Origin: a virus | Direction: 5' to 3' (one strand) | Virus record (IMG/VR): IMGVR_UViG_3300020036_009482 | Span: 1 to 34,715 of that record | DNA: 34,715 bases | Shown: positions 34,435-34,715 of the stretch, in pieces | Layout of the letters: each line of letters opens with the position of its first letter | Position numbering within the stretch: the stretch's first letter is position 1 | The notes under the pieces: generated by a model | Told to the model about the DNA's origin: nothing | What the model saw: only the letters and a program-made list of their open reading frames with translations | Database searches by the model: none | Program-made: the position numbers and the translations under genes

Positions 34435-34715
34435 ATGAAAAATATCGTACTGCAAAACATTTCTCCTTACAGACAAACACAATGGGTATTTGTTGCTACC
34501 AAAGAACAAGTCCCTCTAATGGGTAAATTCGGAGCGTTCGATTTCTACAAAGCGCCTCATGGACTTTACCTACTTGCAAATCTAGCTGGTGGAGAAGGTG
34601 TAGATTTAGCTTTTGACCCTAATAGCAAGCCTGCGCAAATAATTGATGGATTCCAGTTTGCTAGTTGGGTCGCTGATGATCTCAATGCAATCATCCCATA
34701 CTTTTCATGTGATGG
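34435..34715 (+). CDS. 5' part of a wrap-around virion gene (whole ORF about 653 aa once the duplicated 121 bp are collapsed)
   Basis: ATG at 34435 follows AAAGGA. The frame is open to the window end. Its codon phase matches the frame of the 138..1802 ORF through the repeat. Confidence 0.8.
   Translation, partial: MKNIVLQNISPYRQTQWVFVATKEQVPLMGKFGAFDFYKAPHGLYLLANLAGGEGVDLAFDPNSKPAQIIDGFQFASWVADDLNAIIPYFSCD
34595..34715. repeat. terminal direct repeat, right copy
   Basis: Identical to bases 1-121. Confidence 0.95.

Overview
The window is a complete tailed dsDNA phage genome. Bases 1-121 repeat exactly at 34595-34715, so the unique length is 34594 bp, and one gene (34435 -> junction -> 1802) reads straight through the join. 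A rightward block of about 29 kb runs from 21602 across the junction to 16086. It carries a small regulator, a ParB-like nuclease domain, an HNH protein, small and large terminase, portal, scaffold, major capsid protein, head and tail-fibre-like proteins, an M15 peptidase endolysin, adaptor/nozzle-like and internal virion proteins, a holin/spanin cluster and RusA. A leftward block of about 5.5 kb (21519 -> 16092) carries two lipoproteins, small unknown genes, a Gp157/Sak-like recombination pair and a Gly-Tyr/Asp/Asn repeat protein. I saw no DNA polymerase, primase/helicase, integrase, tRNA or CRISPR. A lipobox o-spanin and the lipoproteins point to a diderm (Gram-negative) host. The short-tailed layout is an inference. 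The main finding is that the major capsid gene is split into three pieces by two paralogous, ORF-less structured RNA elements of about 255 nt (29385-29638 and 30427-30683). Both fold into a group I (IA-like, with P7.1) architecture, and many compensatory base changes between the two copies support that fold. Removing them restores one 402-aa coat ORF. Second-tier items are: a GC-elevated 700-bp ORF-free region (19223-19923) with a 15-bp inverted repeat and stacked hairpins; strong plus-strand terminators inside the minus-strand block; a 34-unit hexanucleotide repeat encoding a (G-Y/D/N)n protein; and an HNH gene whose N-terminus is out of frame at an A5 run. All functional calls come from reading motifs by eye. 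No database search was run.
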